A stretch of DNA of 64,000 nt from a bacterium (GTDB taxonomy: Bacteria; SAR324; JACQKK01): assembly GCA_965205845.1 (NCBI GenBank), contig CBDBIG010000003.1, forward strand, positions 20,453-84,452, in the 5' to 3' direction. The notes below the pieces were generated by a model. That model searched no databases. It worked only from the letters and a program-made list of their open reading frames with translations, and was not told the DNA's origin. The translations under genes were made by a program, and so were the position numbers. Positions 62,454 through 64,000 of the stretch are shown one piece after another; position 1 is the stretch's first letter, and each line of letters begins with the position of its first letter.

Positions 62454-63555
62454 TTAGCCCCAAACTTTTTGGAGGAGGGCTTGCTCAATAAGGGGTGTCA
62501 GGTTGCCATCGAGCACACCGATCGCATTGCCAATCTCAAGACCCGTGCGATGGTCTTTTACCATTTGGTAGGGGTGGAGCACGTAGCTCCGAATTTGGCT
62601 TCCCCAGGCAATTTGTTGCTTGCTGGCATTGCGTTTTTCTTTTTCAGCATCCAGTTCTTGTTTGCGGTGTTGATAGAGTTTGGCCTTAAGTACCTTCATG
62701 GCAGCAGCACGGTTTTTGTGCTGGGAGCGCTCACCTTGGCATTGTACCACAATCCCTGTGGGCAGATGGGTAATCCGAATGGCAGAATCCGTGGTGTTGA
62801 TGTGTTGACCGCCTGCCCCTTGGGCGCGAAAAGTGTCTATCCTCAACTCGGAATCGAGGATGTCAATTTGAATGTCATCCTCCACATCTGGATGCACAAA
62901 CACCGAAGCAAAGGAGGTATGGCGGCGCTTGTTGGTATCAAAAGGTGAAATGCGCACCAGGCGATGCACGCCGTTTTCGACCTTTAAGCGCCCAAAGGCG
63001 TAGTTCCCTTCCACTTGAAATGTAACCGACTTGACGCCCGTTTCTTCGCCAGGCTGCAAATCAAGGAGCTTCATTTTAAGCCCTTGTTCCTCGGTCCATC
63101 GTTGGTACATCCGCATAAGCATGGCTGCCCAATCCAAGGATTCGGTGCCACCTGCCCCCGAATGAATCAAAATGATGGCACTGCATTCATCGTGTTCTTC
63201 GCTCAGCATATTGCGTATTTTTAAAGCGTGCAAAGCGGCTTCCAAACGCGCACTAATCGCTTGCATTTCGGCATGCAAATCAGGGTCGACCTCCTCTTCC
63301 ACCAAGCTAAGACCCGCTTCTAAATCCTCGATCAAAGCGATGCAGGTCGCCCATTTTGTCAACAAAACCTGCATACTACGCGTTTCTCGTAGTACCTTAG
63401 CCTGCTCTTGGGCATCACGCTGCCAAAAATCCTCTTTGTTAGCCTCTGCTTGCAGGGCTTCTAACCTGGCTTGCTGGCTTGCTGGGTCAAAGATACTCCT
63501 TAAAAGTGGCAAGGCGGTGCTTTTGTTCAGGTAATAGATTTTTCCAGTCTTCCAT
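62454..63555 (-). CDS. prfB: peptide chain release factor 2 with programmed +1 frameshift
   Basis: ORF0 MEDWKNLLPEQKHRLATFKEYL ends at CUU UGA C. The +1 frame continues DPASQQARLEAL...; GGQ motif; SPF-type domain. Confidence 0.85.
63486..63500 (-). promoter_or_regulatory. prfB +1 frameshift site: internal SD AGGAGU, 3-nt spacer, CUU UGA C
   Basis: The sequence on the minus strand reads AAGGAGTATCTTTGAC. Confidence 0.85.
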
Positions 63556-64000
63556 TGGGTTCTTATTCGCAAATTTATTCAAAACGTTATCCGTAGCACG
63601 TACATACACATCTACCACAAAACGATTATTATCTCTGGAAAAATTTTTAGCCATTTGGAATGTGCACATGTTTTTTTCACGAATCGCGTACAGGCATCCC
63701 CATCATCGCGCTTGGCTTTGCTTTCTTCACGCAAGCGCAACCCCTTTCAACCCCTTACCTTGAGGATGCCGTTGCTTTGTACGCCGATTTTTATAGCATG
63801 GTGGTAGCAGGGCAAACCATCACGGCATTTTTTTACAAGCAAAAGCCAAGCTCTAAAAAATTTGCCCCGTCTCGGTTTTTTCCCCCGCTGTGCTGCACTA
63901 CAAAACACCCTATAAGCAGCAACTAAAACTGGTGAAATTATTCGGCTTCGGTTTAGCACCACATCGCCCACCCGTGACACGCTTTTGGGGGGCGCAAAGG

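Noticed and set aside
62005-62948. ORFs 62005-62424 and 62172-62948
   Set aside because: They lie within the 222-bp tandem repeat and antisense to prfB. They are duplicated peptide artefacts

Overview
This 64-kb window comes from a diderm bacterium of uncertain affiliation. GC is roughly 50-55% by eye. Diderm markers present are BamA, LolD, a LolA-like/MMPL cluster and ZnuBC. The left edge (1-7640) is the c-ner-A-B end of a Mu-like transposable prophage that continues beyond coordinate 1. The MuA-like transposase and MuB-like ATPase each carry one frameshift. Ner and a 367-aa CI/XRE-type repressor with an S24-like C-terminal domain look intact. Immediately 3' of the repressor gene is a tandem array of six ~371-bp units (5402-7640). 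Each unit looks like an internally deleted copy of the repressor gene. It keeps a leader homologous to the c promoter/start region and fuses it to the last ~67 codons of c. Every leader carries a module of three direct copies and one inverted copy of an 11-mer (DR0...DR1-DR2-loop-IR). The 11-mer sequence differs between units but is matched within a unit. The same architecture sits on the authentic c start codon. The rest of the window is housekeeping. It holds a fragmented dcw cluster (murF-ftsW-murG), tmRNA (ssrA), ftsE-ftsX-envC-like, znuCB, a LolA-like/DUF1302-like/MMPL transporter cluster, a giant TPR-like protein, a LarE-like gene, lolD and bamA. It also holds cca, a ribD deaminase-domain gene, ftsY, lysA, a low-GC MTase-Mrr_cat fusion, valS, an OppA/OppB-like pair and prfB with its canonical +1 frameshift site. 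Two tRNAs are present. One has anticodon UCA and a long variable arm and is a candidate selC. The other is tRNA-Ala(GGC). The dominant theme is recurrent tandem duplication at gene 3' ends, seen at seven or more loci. Six of these include the stop codon and are listed as findings. At two, the 3' terminus of the gene is itself among the repeat copies. The largest is a ~19-copy array of ~59-bp hairpin-bearing units between the OppA-like and OppB-like genes.
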